Source: an uncultured Clostridium sp. (GTDB lineage: Bacteria; Bacillota; Clostridia; UBA1212; UBA1255). Taken from it: a DNA stretch of 64,000 nucleotides. The notes beneath the pieces are model-generated. The model was not told where the DNA came from, did no database searches, and was given only the letters and a program-made list of their open reading frames with translations. Both the position numbers and the translations under genes were made by a program. How positions within the stretch are numbered: the stretch's first letter is position 1; each line of letters starts with the position of its first letter. The stretch is taken from assembly GCA_900543695.1 (NCBI GenBank), contig UQSG01000005.1, positions 16,124 through 80,123 on the forward strand, given 5' to 3'. This document shows, piece after piece, positions 27,389 through 37,668 of this stretch.

Positions 27389-29017
27389 TTATTTCGCTTC
27401 GTATTTCGGATTTCCGTGCGTATATCTCGGAAGAAGCTGCGGGGAGACTTTATCGGTGACAACTCCCGCTTCCGCCAGAGCCTGGTCAAAGCGCGCAATA
27501 TGATCCAGCGTAAGCGCTCCGGTTTTCGAAATCGTTTTTGCCTTCGCCGCAGCGCTGATTCCGGCATTTCTGCCGAATACGATAATATCAAGCAGAGAAT
27601 TTCCCATCAGACGGTTTTCTCCGTGAATCCCTCCTACGGCCTCTCCGGCAACGTAGAGATTCTCCACCTCTGACATTCCGTCAGCGCCGATTTTAATGCC
27701 TCCGTTCTGATAGTGAAGCGTCGGATAAATCAGGATCGGCTTTTCCCTCATATCGTAGCCGTATTTCAGGAACATGCGAAGCATGGCGGGAATGCGCTTT
27801 TCAATTGCGCCCGTGCCGTGAATCGCCTCGATCATCGGCGTATCCAGCCAGATTCCAAAGCCGTCCGGCGTCGGAATGCCTTTTCCTCTTTCCTGGCACT
27901 CGCGAATGATAGATGCCGCGGAAACGTCTCTCGTCTCCAGAGGGTGCATAAATGCTTCTCCGTCTACGTTCACCAGCATGGCGCCCAGAGAGCGAACCTT
28001 TTCCGTCACAAGCGCGCCGAAAATCTGCGCCGGGAACGCGACGCCTGTCGGATGATACTGCAGCGTATAGGCATATAGAAGCGAGGCTCCCGCGCGGTAC
28101 GCCAGAACAAGACCGTCTGCCGTAGCGCCGTAATGGTTCGAGGTCGGAAAGCCCTGGTAATGCAGCCTGCCGGCGCCGCCCGTGGCAATGATCACCGTTT
28201 TCGCACGGGCAACCAGAATCTCCCTTGTTTCCATATTCATCAGGACCGCTCCGGCCGCCTTTCCGTTTTCGTCCAGAATCAGCTCGATGGCCGCCGTGAA
28301 ATCGACGACCGGGATTCCTCTGTTGATGACCTCGTCGCGCAGCACGCGCATAATCTCCGCGCCTGAATAGTCCTTCGCTGCGTGCATACGCTTTCTGGAG
28401 GTTCCTCCTCCATGCGTAGTCAGCATCGTACCGTCCGCTTCCTTATCGAACATCACGCCCAGATCGTTCAGCCATTTTACGGCGCCGGGGCCTTCAGTTA
28501 CCAGTTTATAGAGCAGTTCAGGCACATTTTTAAAGTGTCCGCCGCCAAGCGCGTCGACATAATGGATCATCGGCGAATCGTTTTCCTTGTCTGCCGCCTG
28601 AATTCCGCCCTCTGCCATCATGGTGTTGGCGTCGCCATGGCGCAGCTTTGTGACGATCATCACATTGGCCCCATTTTCATGCGCCATAATCGCCGCGGAA
28701 GAGCCCGCTCCGCCCCCGCCGATCACGAGCACGTCTACGTCATAGTCCGGATGCTCCAGATCCACGGACTCCGGCTTGACGCGGCTGTGCGCCTGCAATA
28801 AAGCCGCAAGCTCCTTGGGTACGCGCTCTCCTTTATTCGGGCCCATGACAAGCGTATCAAAATTTTCTTTTTTATAATCCGGATGGAATTTCGCAAGCAG
28901 CGCCTCTTTTTCCTCCGCCGTCATGCGTCTCGGCTCGAATCCGATACGCGACGGGCGCGTTGCCTCAACTTTCTGGATCGAATCCAGCATTTCCTGTGTA
29001 TATAATGAATCGCTCAT
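27389..29017 (-). CDS. FrdA/SdhA-family FAD flavoprotein (soluble fumarate-reductase-like catalytic subunit) with an ~90-aa N-terminal extension
   Basis: FAD motif DVLVIGGGGAGSSAAI. Conserved QYHPTG and GLYAAGE-type (LYVAGEAVGGIHGENRLMGNSL) motifs. 542 aa. Confidence 0.75.
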   Translation of the reverse strand: MSDSLYTQEMLDSIQKVEATRPSRIGFEPRRMTAEEKEALLAKFHPDYKKENFDTLVMGPNKGERVPKELAALLQAHSRVKPESVDLEHPDYDVDVLVIGGGGAGSSAAIMAHENGANVMIVTKLRHGDANTMMAEGGIQAADKENDSPMIHYVDALGGGHFKNVPELLYKLVTEGPGAVKWLNDLGVMFDKEADGTMLTTHGGGTSRKRMHAAKDYSGAEIMRVLRDEVINRGIPVVDFTAAIELILDENGKAAGAVLMNMETREILVARAKTVIIATGGAGRLHYQGFPTSNHYGATADGLVLAYRAGASLLYAYTLQYHPTGVAFPAQIFGALVTEKVRSLGAMLVNVDGEAFMHPLETRDVSAASIIRECQERGKGIPTPDGFGIWLDTPMIEAIHGTGAIEKRIPAMLRMFLKYGYDMREKPILIYPTLHYQNGGIKIGADGMSEVENLYVAGEAVGGIHGENRLMGNSLLDIIVFGRNAGISAAAKAKTISKTGALTLDHIARFDQALAEAGVVTDKVSPQLLPRYTHGNPKYEAK

Positions 29018-29030
29018 GGCTCCGCCCTCC

Positions 29031-29705
29031 TTATTTTTCGATTTCTCTGTTGTTGTACATGGTTTTCAGCTCATCGAGCGGTTTTGCCATCAGATCCTTC
29101 ATCGGCTGCACATAATCGCCGCGCTCGATCTCCGCGACGCGTTTTTCGAGATGCTCTGATCTTGGCGCGAGATATTTTCCCGTCAGTCTTCTGGCAAGCA
29201 GCGCCACCTGCGGGTGGGAAATCTGCGCCGGGCAGCGCGAGGAGCAGATGCCGCACATCACGCAGTCAAACGATTCTTCTGCACATTTCGCATACTCGGC
29301 TCTCTGCGCGTATGCAATGTACTGCATTACGTTGAGCCCCTGCGTACAGCTCTTCGTACAGGCGTTGCACCCGATACAGCTGTAAATTTCCGGATAAAGC
29401 TGCATCATGATCTGCTCCGTAGGACGGATCTTCTCAATATCATACGTTTGCTTCACAACCGGAAAGAACGGAATCTGCGCCACATACATGTTTTCTTCGA
29501 CTTTCGTCTGGCAGGCAAGGCACACCTTGAGCTCCGGATCTCCTTTGATTCTGTATACCGAAGCGCAGGCGCCGCAAAAACCGTTTCTGCAGCCGCAGCC
29601 GCGCACCAGCTGGTAGCCGGCATATTCCATAGCATCCATGATGGTGAGTTCTGAGGGGACGGAATACTTTTTCCCCATGATAAATACGTTAACCATTTTT
29701 TCCAT
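29031..29705 (-). CDS. FrdB/SdhB-like iron-sulfur subunit (N-terminal 2Fe-2S ferredoxin domain plus two 4Fe-4S motifs)
   Basis: CGCRNGFCGACAS (2Fe-2S). CIGCNACTKSC and CVMCGICSSRCP (4Fe-4S). Confidence 0.75.
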   Translation of the reverse strand: MEKMVNVFIMGKKYSVPSELTIMDAMEYAGYQLVRGCGCRNGFCGACASVYRIKGDPELKVCLACQTKVEENMYVAQIPFFPVVKQTYDIEKIRPTEQIMMQLYPEIYSCIGCNACTKSCTQGLNVMQYIAYAQRAEYAKCAEESFDCVMCGICSSRCPAQISHPQVALLARRLTGKYLAPRSEHLEKRVAEIERGDYVQPMKDLMAKPLDELKTMYNNREIEK

Positions 29706-29737
29706 GTCTTTTTGCCTTCACTTTCTGTAAGAATCCA

Positions 29738-30565
29738 TTAATATTCGTTCGGGAGCTCGTCGAGCTGGTCGCAGCGGAATACCGGTCCGTCCTTACAGAC
29801 GTATTTCGATCCGATATTGCAGCGGCCGCATTTGCCGACGCCGCATTTCATGCGCAGTTCCATTGTTGTATAAACCTGCGTTTTGTCATACCCCATTTCC
29901 TGCAGCGAGGCCAGCGTAAACTTAATCATGATCGGAGGGCCGCAAAGCAGCGCCGTTTTGTGAACGTCGAAATTCAGTTCTTTCACATAAGCAGGAACAA
30001 AGCCCACGTGGCCGTCCCAGCCGTCCTGCGGACGGTCAATGGTGAGGTGAACATCCACATTTTCCGCGTGCGCCCACTCGTTGCGGATCTGATCAATATC
30101 TACAAGATCGTCTGCGGAGCGCGAGCCGTACACGATATCGATTTTACCGTAATCGCCGCGTTTCGCCAGGCAATAATCAATTACGGAGCGCAGCGGCGCA
30201 AGGCCGATTCCGCCTGCAATAAACAGTAAATCCTTTCCCTTCAGCGCCGTGTCAACGGGGAAAGCATGACCGTAGGGCCCGCGTATGGTGATCGCCTGAC
30301 CAACCTCCATCTGATGCAGCCATTCCGTAAAGCCGCCGCACCGCTTGATGCTGAATTCCATATACTCCCGGTTTGTCGGAGAAGACGTAATCGAAAACAT
30401 CGCCTCGCCGACGCCCGGCATTGAAAGCATCGCGCACTGGCCCGGCATGTGGTCGAAGCATTTTCCGCCTTCCGGCGCGTTCACCCGGAAGGTTTTCACG
30501 TCGGGCGTATCCGTGCGGATATCAGTTACGATTCCGATCTGCGGAATCAATACATCGGGATTCAT
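29738..30565 (-). CDS. FlxA-like NAD(P)H:FAD oxidoreductase with C-terminal 2Fe-2S (AsrB/HydG/PyrK family)
   Basis: Ferredoxin-reductase fold (RxYS-like MFSITS, GGIGLAPL). C-terminal CGVGKCGRC. Confidence 0.75.
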   Translation of the reverse strand: MNPDVLIPQIGIVTDIRTDTPDVKTFRVNAPEGGKCFDHMPGQCAMLSMPGVGEAMFSITSSPTNREYMEFSIKRCGGFTEWLHQMEVGQAITIRGPYGHAFPVDTALKGKDLLFIAGGIGLAPLRSVIDYCLAKRGDYGKIDIVYGSRSADDLVDIDQIRNEWAHAENVDVHLTIDRPQDGWDGHVGFVPAYVKELNFDVHKTALLCGPPIMIKFTLASLQEMGYDKTQVYTTMELRMKCGVGKCGRCNIGSKYVCKDGPVFRCDQLDELPNEY

Positions 30566-31614
30566 TTCGATTCACCTCCGAAGGATTTTATCACTTTTAC
30601 AATGTTCATGGACACCGGGCACTTGGAAAGACATCTGCCGCAGCCCACACAGGAGTACTCTCCGCCGTTGTTGGCCGGATAATAGACAAGCTTATGCATG
30701 AAGCGCTGGCGGAAGCGTTCGAGCTGACTCGTACGGGGATTGCCGTGCGCCATCTTTGTAAAATCGGAATACATGCAGGAATCCCAGCAGCGGAAGCGCT
30801 TGATTCCGTGTCCCGTGTCGAAATCACGAATATCGTAGCACTGACATGTCGGGCAGATAAAGGTACACGTTCCGCAGCCAATGCACGACTGATAGAGCTC
30901 CTGCCACTGCGGCGCGTAAAATACATCGTTCAGGCCCGTCGTCAGGCGGTCGCCGCTGAAATATTCCACGCTCAGTCCGCTGAGCGGCAGTCTGGCAAGA
31001 ATCGAGCGGATTTCTTCCTTTCGGTCCTCCAGGGCAGTCTCGTCCTTTTCAGACGCTTCCTCCAGAAGCGTTCCGAGCAGCTTCGTCAGCGCTTCTCCCT
31101 TTTCCGTTTCCGGGTTCCAATACAGCGCCGAATCCGTAAGCCACGTCGTTACGTCGCCTCCCGAGGGCTGCGCGGCGTCTATGCCGAATGTTCCGCAGAA
31201 GCACGTCTCTTCCGGCGCGCTGCACGCCATCGTTACGACGACGCCCGTTTCGCGGCGGCTTTGATAAAACGTATCTACGGGATCGCTGAGAAATACGGAA
31301 TCGAGGATTGCAAAGCTTTTTGCGTCGCAGGCGCGCACGCCGAATACCACAAAAGGCTCCGCCGGATCACGGTCCTCGACAAGATCAATATTCTTCCCGC
31401 TGACGCGGAAGGAAATCAGATTTTCGCTCTGTGGGAAAAACAGTTCTTTTGCCGATTTGACCGTATTGAGGCAATCCAGGCAGACTCTGCTTTCCGGCGT
31501 CCATTTTTCAAACAGGCACTGGCCCGCGTCCTCCACCGGCAGATACAGGCTTTTGACAGCCGATATCGCCGCATAAAGCTCCGGCAGGCGCTCTCTTGCT
31601 ATTTTATACATCAT
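30562..31614 (-). CDS. FlxB-like Fe-S protein (AsrA-type)
   Basis: 350 aa with CSAPEETCFCGTFG and two ferredoxin motifs (CIGCGTCTFICPTC, CVGCGRCLSKCP). ATGA-type overlap. Confidence 0.65.
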   Translation of the reverse strand: MMYKIARERLPELYAAISAVKSLYLPVEDAGQCLFEKWTPESRVCLDCLNTVKSAKELFFPQSENLISFRVSGKNIDLVEDRDPAEPFVVFGVRACDAKSFAILDSVFLSDPVDTFYQSRRETGVVVTMACSAPEETCFCGTFGIDAAQPSGGDVTTWLTDSALYWNPETEKGEALTKLLGTLLEEASEKDETALEDRKEEIRSILARLPLSGLSVEYFSGDRLTTGLNDVFYAPQWQELYQSCIGCGTCTFICPTCQCYDIRDFDTGHGIKRFRCWDSCMYSDFTKMAHGNPRTSQLERFRQRFMHKLVYYPANNGGEYSCVGCGRCLSKCPVSMNIVKVIKSFGGESK

Positions 31615-32609
31615 TTCTTCCCGCCTTTCTCATAGACAATACTCGGCTCCGCGTCCTGCTTCGTATAGGAAGTCAGCGGCGCTTCGATCGTTATGTCCGC
31701 CCCCGCCTGGTATTCTCCGTAAAGCTCATTGATATCTTTAATGAATTTTCGGTTAAGCAGGTGAAGCGGGATATTCTGCGGACAGACTCTCGTACATTCG
31801 CCGCAGTCCGTGCATCTTCCTGCTACGTGAAACGCGCGGATAATATGGAACAGATTTTCTTCGAAATCATCCGTATTCGCTTTGCTGGCGACGCCGGACT
31901 TCGGATTGTCAAATACGCACTGCACGCAGGAGCAGGCGGGGCAGATATTTCTGCACGCGTTGCAGCGGATGCAGCGGGAAAGCTCGTTTCTCCAGAAAGC
32001 GAAGCGTTCTTCTGCCGACAAATGCTCAAGATTTTCGATGTAGGCAAAGCGGCTTCCAAACTCCTGATTCGGAACGGCCTCCTCCGGTTCGTCCGCTTCA
32101 TCAGAAAGCGCGTCGTAAATCATATGCTTTTTACCCTTACAGGCTTTGCACTTTTCAAATAAAACGTCTTTTTTCGCACACGTCTTTTCTCCGTAGAGCG
32201 TTTCAAAAACGACCTGGTCCCCTTCAATTTTCGCTCCGGTAATTCCTCTTATGCCAAGTGCGCGCGCTGCCTCGGGATCTATCTTCCCACTGCAGGGAAC
32301 GCCCAGCACAAAAACGTTTTCCCTGCGGATTCTGTGCTCCTTCAGCAGCTGGTTGAACGAGTATGTATCGCAGGGCTTGAGCAGCGCTATGAGCTTTCCA
32401 TCCTTTTTGGATTCCGCGATGCAGTATTTGCTCTGGTTTGCAGCGCAGAAATCGTCATATATCATATTGTCCAGCGTTTCCTTTGTGAAAACGGCCGGAG
32501 TAACGTCGTAGCAAAACTCTCCGCTTTCCCAGGCCAGAACTCTGTCCGCCGCGCCGTCTTCCAGCAAAGAACGGCATTTCGATAAAATTTCCTCGCTTAT
32601 TCTTTGCAT
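31611..32609 (-). CDS. FlxC-like Cys-rich Fe-S protein
   Basis: Multiple Cys clusters: CIRCNACRNICPACSC, CTDCGECTRVCP, CKACKGKKH. Confidence 0.55.
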   Translation of the reverse strand: MQRISEEILSKCRSLLEDGAADRVLAWESGEFCYDVTPAVFTKETLDNMIYDDFCAANQSKYCIAESKKDGKLIALLKPCDTYSFNQLLKEHRIRRENVFVLGVPCSGKIDPEAARALGIRGITGAKIEGDQVVFETLYGEKTCAKKDVLFEKCKACKGKKHMIYDALSDEADEPEEAVPNQEFGSRFAYIENLEHLSAEERFAFWRNELSRCIRCNACRNICPACSCVQCVFDNPKSGVASKANTDDFEENLFHIIRAFHVAGRCTDCGECTRVCPQNIPLHLLNRKFIKDINELYGEYQAGADITIEAPLTSYTKQDAEPSIVYEKGGKK

Positions 32610-33043
32610 CTCAGATCCTCCAATTTCTTATTTTCACCCAAATTGTGGATAGTCGCTACAAATTCATTCATTGTGGCGGAAAATTTCGCGCCCTCCGCTG
32701 CGGAAATCCATTCCACTCTCGTGCGCTCCCTTTCGATGCCGAGAAAATCAAGCATACTGAACAGGAGCGTCATTCTCCTTCTCGCAAAGTAATTTCCGGA
32801 CGTATAATGGCAGTCGCCGGGATGGCATCCCGCAATGATCACGCCGTCCGCCCCTCTCTGAAAGGCTCGTAAAATAAACAGCGGATTTACGCGGCAGGAA
32901 CAAGGCACCCGGATGACCTTCACGTTCGCCGGATAGGAAAGCCGGCTTGAGCCCGCCAGGTCGGCGCCTGCGTAGCTGCACCAGTTGCAGCAGAACGCCA
33001 CAATCAGAGGCTTGAATTCATTTTTTGTTTCTTCTATCTGCAT
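32597..33043 (-). CDS. mvhD: MvhD/FlxD-type hydrogenase delta-subunit-like electron-transfer protein
   Basis: AFCCNWCSYAGAD...RVPCSCRVNP...GADGVIIAGCHPGDCHY is the MvhD/FlpD signature. 148 aa. Confidence 0.8.
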   Translation of the reverse strand: MQIEETKNEFKPLIVAFCCNWCSYAGADLAGSSRLSYPANVKVIRVPCSCRVNPLFILRAFQRGADGVIIAGCHPGDCHYTSGNYFARRRMTLLFSMLDFLGIERERTRVEWISAAEGAKFSATMNEFVATIHNLGENKKLEDLRCKE

Positions 33044-35034
33044 ATCGCATCAACCTCCGCCATAATTTGTCTTGTTGTAAAGCCCTTCAGATCCATTGCG
33101 CCGGACGGACACGTTACGGTGCAGGCGCCGCAGCCCTGACAGATCGCTTCGTTTACTCTCGCGATTCTGCGGACTTCCCTTCTTCCATGATCGTTGATCT
33201 CCTTATCTACATAATCGATCGCGCCGTAAGGACAGACGCTTGCGCACTGCGAGCAGCCGTTGCACAGCAGCTCGTCAGAGCCGGCCACACACGGATTGCA
33301 TGTCAGCTTATCTTTTGCCAGCAGTCCGATTACCTTTGCCGCGGCGGCGCTTGCCTGCGCGACGGTTTCCGGAATATCCTTCGGCCCCTGGCAGACGCCG
33401 GAAAGGTAGACGCCGGCTGTTGGGCTCTCAACCGGACGCAGCTTGGGATGCGCTTCCGTCAGGAAATTGTTCGTGTCAATGCTCGCCGTCAGCATCGTCG
33501 CCAGATTCTTAACGTCAGGATCCGGCTCGATCGCCGTGGCCAGGACCACCAGATCCGCTTCGATCAGGACCTGCTCGTTCGCAATGAGATCCGAGCCCTG
33601 TACCAGAAGCTTCCCGTCCTTCTCCGCAACCTTTCCGACCATGCCCTTTATGTAATCCACGCCGTATTCTTCTACTGCGCGGCGGTAAAACTCATCAAAG
33701 TTTTTGCCGGGCGTCCGCACGTCGATATAGAAAACGTGCACCTTCGTATCCGGATATTTGTCGCGGATCATCATCGCATGCTTTGCCGTATACATACAGC
33801 AGATTTTGGAGCAGTACGGCTTGCCGCAGCCGGAAATATCTCTCGAGCCCACGCACTGAATGAATACGATTTCATGCGGATGTGCGTGATCAGACGGGCG
33901 CAGCAGCACGCCCTTCGTCGGGCCGGCCGCGTTCATCAGGCGTTCGAGCTCCAGCGATGTAATGACATCTTTATTCTGCGCATATCCGAACTCTTCGAAA
34001 TTTTCCAGTGAAATCGGCCTGTAGCCCGTTGCCACGACAATGGCGCCGTATTCCCGTTCCACGATTTCCTCTTTTTGCGTAAAATCAATCGCTTTCGCCG
34101 TGCAGTTTCTCTCGCACAGTCCGCACTTGCCCGTTTTCAGTTTAATGCAGTGCTCGGGATCGATTACCGCAACGTTCGGGATTGCCTGGGCAAACGGGAT
34201 ATATACCGCGCCCCGGTTGTCGAGTCCCATGTTGAATTCATTCGGCGCCTTGCGGGACGGACATTTTTCCGTACAGACGCCGCAGCCGGTGCAAAGCTCG
34301 GTATTGATATACCTTGGCTTTTTCTTGATTTTCACCCTGAAATTCCCCACGAAGCCCGATACGCTTTCGATTTCGCTGTATGTAAAGAGATTGATTTTAT
34401 CATTCGCAGCGGCATCCACCATTTTGGGCGTCAAAATACATGCCGCGCAGTCGAGCGTCGGGAAGGTTTTATCCAGCTGCGCCATTTTTCCCCCGATCGT
34501 AGGCGATTTTTCCACAATATCGACTTCGTAGCCGGCGTCCGCAACGTCCAGCGCAGTCTGAATCCCTGCGATGCCGCCGCCGATCACAAGCGCCCGTTTT
34601 GTCACCGCGCTTTCTCCAGCCGTCAGAGGCTGATTTAAATTCAGCTTTGCAATCGCCGCTTTTGCAAGAATGATCGCCTTCTCCGTTCCCTCGTCCTTAT
34701 CCTTGTGAATCCAGGAGCACTGCTCTCTGATATTGGCGATCTCTACCATGTACGGGTTCAGTCCGGCAGCCTGCGCCGTCTTCCGGAACGTTGTCTCATG
34801 CATACGCGGAGAACAGGAGCAGACAACGATTCCCGTCAGGCCGTAATCATGGATCGCCTGCCGGATTCTGGACTGTCCGCCCTCCGAGCACATATACTGG
34901 TAATCCGTCGAGATCACGACACCCGGCTCGCCGGCTACACTTTGCGCCACTTTCTCCACATCTACGGTGCCTGCAATATTGCTGCCGCACCAACAAACAA
35001 ATACTCCGATCTTTTGCAATTTATTCACTTCCAA
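33034..35034 (-). CDS. hdrA: Heterodisulfide reductase subunit A (FAD, multi-Fe-S)
   Basis: N-terminal Cys domain FVCWCGSN...VVCSCSP. FAD motif LVIGGGIAGIQTALDVADAG. Inserted and C-terminal ferredoxin motifs (CTGCGVCTEKCP, CNGCSQCASVCP, CQGCGACTVTCP). 666 aa. Confidence 0.85.
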   Translation of the reverse strand: MEVNKLQKIGVFVCWCGSNIAGTVDVEKVAQSVAGEPGVVISTDYQYMCSEGGQSRIRQAIHDYGLTGIVVCSCSPRMHETTFRKTAQAAGLNPYMVEIANIREQCSWIHKDKDEGTEKAIILAKAAIAKLNLNQPLTAGESAVTKRALVIGGGIAGIQTALDVADAGYEVDIVEKSPTIGGKMAQLDKTFPTLDCAACILTPKMVDAAANDKINLFTYSEIESVSGFVGNFRVKIKKKPRYINTELCTGCGVCTEKCPSRKAPNEFNMGLDNRGAVYIPFAQAIPNVAVIDPEHCIKLKTGKCGLCERNCTAKAIDFTQKEEIVEREYGAIVVATGYRPISLENFEEFGYAQNKDVITSLELERLMNAAGPTKGVLLRPSDHAHPHEIVFIQCVGSRDISGCGKPYCSKICCMYTAKHAMMIRDKYPDTKVHVFYIDVRTPGKNFDEFYRRAVEEYGVDYIKGMVGKVAEKDGKLLVQGSDLIANEQVLIEADLVVLATAIEPDPDVKNLATMLTASIDTNNFLTEAHPKLRPVESPTAGVYLSGVCQGPKDIPETVAQASAAAAKVIGLLAKDKLTCNPCVAGSDELLCNGCSQCASVCPYGAIDYVDKEINDHGRREVRRIARVNEAICQGCGACTVTCPSGAMDLKGFTTRQIMAEVDAICR

Positions 35035-35046
35035 TCTTTGCCGCTG

Positions 35047-35439
35047 TTATTTACTGTATTTTCTGAAGGCGCTGACGATGGCCTGCTGCGGGATGTTTTC
35101 GTCCAGCAGCTCCGGCACCATATTCGCTTTCAGATGATTTTCGCCCTGCTGGCGGATCACGCAGAGGCGCACCGCCTCGATCAGCTTTGCAGGCTCGACG
35201 CTTCTGGGGCATCGTTCGATACATGCAAAACAGGACAGGCAGGTCCAGATTGATTTAGATTCCATCAGCTTCCGGATCTGTCCCTTTTCAACCATCGCAA
35301 CAAACTGGTGGGGATGGTATTCCATTTCCTGATAGGAAGGACAGGTTCCGGAGCATTTGCCGCATTTCATACATTTTCTCGTATTTACACCGCTGATCCG
35401 GAGCACGCGTTCCGCAAGTTCCTTTTCGTTTACCGTCAC
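35047..35439 (-). CDS. hdrC: Heterodisulfide reductase subunit C-like 2x[4Fe-4S] protein
   Basis: CMKCGKCSGTCP and CLSCFACIERCP. 130 aa. Confidence 0.8.
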   Translation of the reverse strand: MTVNEKELAERVLRISGVNTRKCMKCGKCSGTCPSYQEMEYHPHQFVAMVEKGQIRKLMESKSIWTCLSCFACIERCPRSVEPAKLIEAVRLCVIRQQGENHLKANMVPELLDENIPQQAIVSAFRKYSK

Positions 35440-35451
35440 AAGTAACCCTCC

Positions 35452-36243
35452 TTATTTTACGCCGAGCGCCTCGGCAAGCAGTTCCGTAAAATAACAGACT
35501 TCCGGCTTTTTGTCTGCCGCAGCGTTTGCCTGCAGATTATACAGGCAAAGAGGACATGCCGTTATAATCGTGTCCGCACCCTTCGAAGCCGCCGATTCCA
35601 GAATCATGCCGCACCGCTTTGCCGGTATGGATTTATCCTCAAGCGAAGTGTATCCGCCGCAGCATTCGTTGCGATACGGCGTGAGGACCGGCTCGGCGCC
35701 GAGGGCGCGGATCAGGTCCTCCATCACAGACGGATTTTCGGGATTATCAAACTGCAGGACTTTTGCCGGGCGCAGAAGCAGGCAGCCATAATAGGCCGCA
35801 ATCTTTCTTCCCTTCAAAGGATTCTTGACCGCCGCCTTGATGTTGTCGAAGCCTACCGTGTCTCTCAGCATTTCCAAATAGTGGACGACTCTTGTTTCTC
35901 CGACGTAATCCGTATCCAGTTTTAAGTAATTATTGACTTTCAGGCGAATGTCGTCGTTTGAAAGCATATCGTCGTTCACTCTTTTTATAACATGGTGACA
36001 GGCCGAACACAATGTCAATAAATCCCTTCCCTGCCGTTTTGCACTGTCAAGCGCGCGTACGGCGGAAAGCTTAGTGGCGATTTCATCCAGTGCAAGAGGA
36101 TAAACGGCCCCGCAGCACTGCCAATCTTGTATTTCCTCCAGCGTAACGCCGAGAGCCTCCGCAGAGGCTCTCGCATAGCGGTCCAGATCTTTTGCCTTTG
36201 TTTTTAACGTGCAACCAGGATAGTAACTGTAAGTCATATTCAA
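35452..36243 (-). CDS. hdrB: Heterodisulfide reductase subunit B-like protein (two CCG domains)
   Basis: YYPGCTL...WQCCGAV...LCSACH and YYGCLLLRP...ECCGGY...ACPLCLYN. Confidence 0.8.
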   Translation of the reverse strand: MNMTYSYYPGCTLKTKAKDLDRYARASAEALGVTLEEIQDWQCCGAVYPLALDEIATKLSAVRALDSAKRQGRDLLTLCSACHHVIKRVNDDMLSNDDIRLKVNNYLKLDTDYVGETRVVHYLEMLRDTVGFDNIKAAVKNPLKGRKIAAYYGCLLLRPAKVLQFDNPENPSVMEDLIRALGAEPVLTPYRNECCGGYTSLEDKSIPAKRCGMILESAASKGADTIITACPLCLYNLQANAAADKKPEVCYFTELLAEALGVK

Positions 36244-36271
36244 TTTTCCTTTCGGTTTTGTAGCGCGGCTT

Positions 36272-37636
36272 TTATACCATTTGCTCCGGCTTGAATACTT
36301 CGTCGAATTTTTCAGCTGTCAGGAAGCCGAGCTGTACGCAGGCTTCCTTCAGGGAAATATTTTCCTTATAAGCCTTTTTGGCGGTTTTTGCCGCGTTGTC
36401 GTATCCGATGTACGGGTTCAGGGCCGTTACGAGCATCAGGGAATTATAAAGATTATGCTTCATTTTCTCACGGTTCGCGGTAATGCCGGATACGCAGTGA
36501 TCATTGAAAGAACGAATCCCGTCCGCCAGCAGGCGCACCGACTGAAGAAAATTGTAAATACATACGGGCATGAATACGTTGAGTTCAAAATTTCCCTGCG
36601 AAGCCGCCATGCCGACCGCCACGTCGTTTGCGATCACCTGCACCGCCACCATCGTCATCGATTCACACTGCGTGGGATTGACCTTGCCCGGCATAATCGA
36701 GCTGCCCGGTTCGTTTTCCGGAATGTGGATCTCGCCCAGTCCGCAGCGCGGCCCGCTGGCAAGCCAGCGCACGTCGTTTGCAATCTTCATAAGATCCGCA
36801 GCAAGCGCTTTCAGCGCGCCATGCGCAAAGACGAGCTCGTCCTTTGCAGTCAGAGCATGAAATTTATTTTCTGCCGAGAGGAAGTGCTTCCCTGTCAGCT
36901 CGCTGACGACCTTCGCGACTTCGGGACCGAATTGCTTCGGCGCGTTCAGGCCTGTGCCGACCGCTGTGCCGCCAAGCGCCAGCTCCTTCAGCCCCGGAAG
37001 CGCCGCCTCCAGCATTCCCTTTGTCTTTTCTATCATGTTTCTCCAGCCGCTGATCTCCTGAGAAAACTTAATCGGCGTCGCGTCCTGGAGATGCGTGCGC
37101 CCGCTCTTTACGACGTCGTCATTTTCGCGTTCAAGACGCCGAAATGTTTCAATCAGCGCGTCCATCGCAGGAAACAGCTGATCCTCGATTCCGATGACAG
37201 CTGCAATATGCATCGCCGTGGGGAACGTATCGTTGGAGCTTTGCGACATGTTGATATGATCGTTGGGATGAAGCAGCTTTTTCCCGCAGATTTCATTGCC
37301 TCTATTTGCAATGACTTCGTTTGCATTCATGTTTGACTGCGTACCGCTTCCCGTCTGCCATACCACAAGAGGAAAATGATCGTTCAATTTCCCGGCGATC
37401 ACCTCGTCGCACGCCTGTGAGATGACGGTTTTCTTTTCTTCGTCCAATTTCCCGAGATTATAGTTTGCGATTGCCGCGGCTTTCTTCAGAATTCCAAAGG
37501 CGTGTGTAATTTCTCTTGGCATGAGTTCTCCGCCGATCTTGAAATTCTGGTAGCTTCTCTGCGTCTGCGCCGCCCAATAGCGGTCTGCAGGCACCTGCAT
37601 TTCTCCCATCGAATCGCGTTCCGTACGATATTCCAT
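36272..37636 (-). CDS. fumC: Fumarate hydratase class II
   Basis: [15 protein letters not shown] signature and the [10 protein letters not shown] region. 454 aa. Confidence 0.9.
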   Translation of the reverse strand: MEYRTERDSMGEMQVPADRYWAAQTQRSYQNFKIGGELMPREITHAFGILKKAAAIANYNLGKLDEEKKTVISQACDEVIAGKLNDHFPLVVWQTGSGTQSNMNANEVIANRGNEICGKKLLHPNDHINMSQSSNDTFPTAMHIAAVIGIEDQLFPAMDALIETFRRLERENDDVVKSGRTHLQDATPIKFSQEISGWRNMIEKTKGMLEAALPGLKELALGGTAVGTGLNAPKQFGPEVAKVVSELTGKHFLSAENKFHALTAKDELVFAHGALKALAADLMKIANDVRWLASGPRCGLGEIHIPENEPGSSIMPGKVNPTQCESMTMVAVQVIANDVAVGMAASQGNFELNVFMPVCIYNFLQSVRLLADGIRSFNDHCVSGITANREKMKHNLYNSLMLVTALNPYIGYDNAAKTAKKAYKENISLKEACVQLGFLTAEKFDEVFKPEQMV

Positions 37637-37668
37637 GCTCGATTCCTCCTTTGTTTTACAGGCAGGCG

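Noticed and set aside
29738-31614. AsrA/AsrB-like pair read as anaerobic sulfite reductase
   Set aside because: No AsrC (siroheme/Fe-S catalytic subunit) follows. Instead the pair is embedded between MvhD/HdrABC and an FrdAB-like pair. This is the context of FlxABCD-type NADH oxidoreductases, not sulfite reductase.
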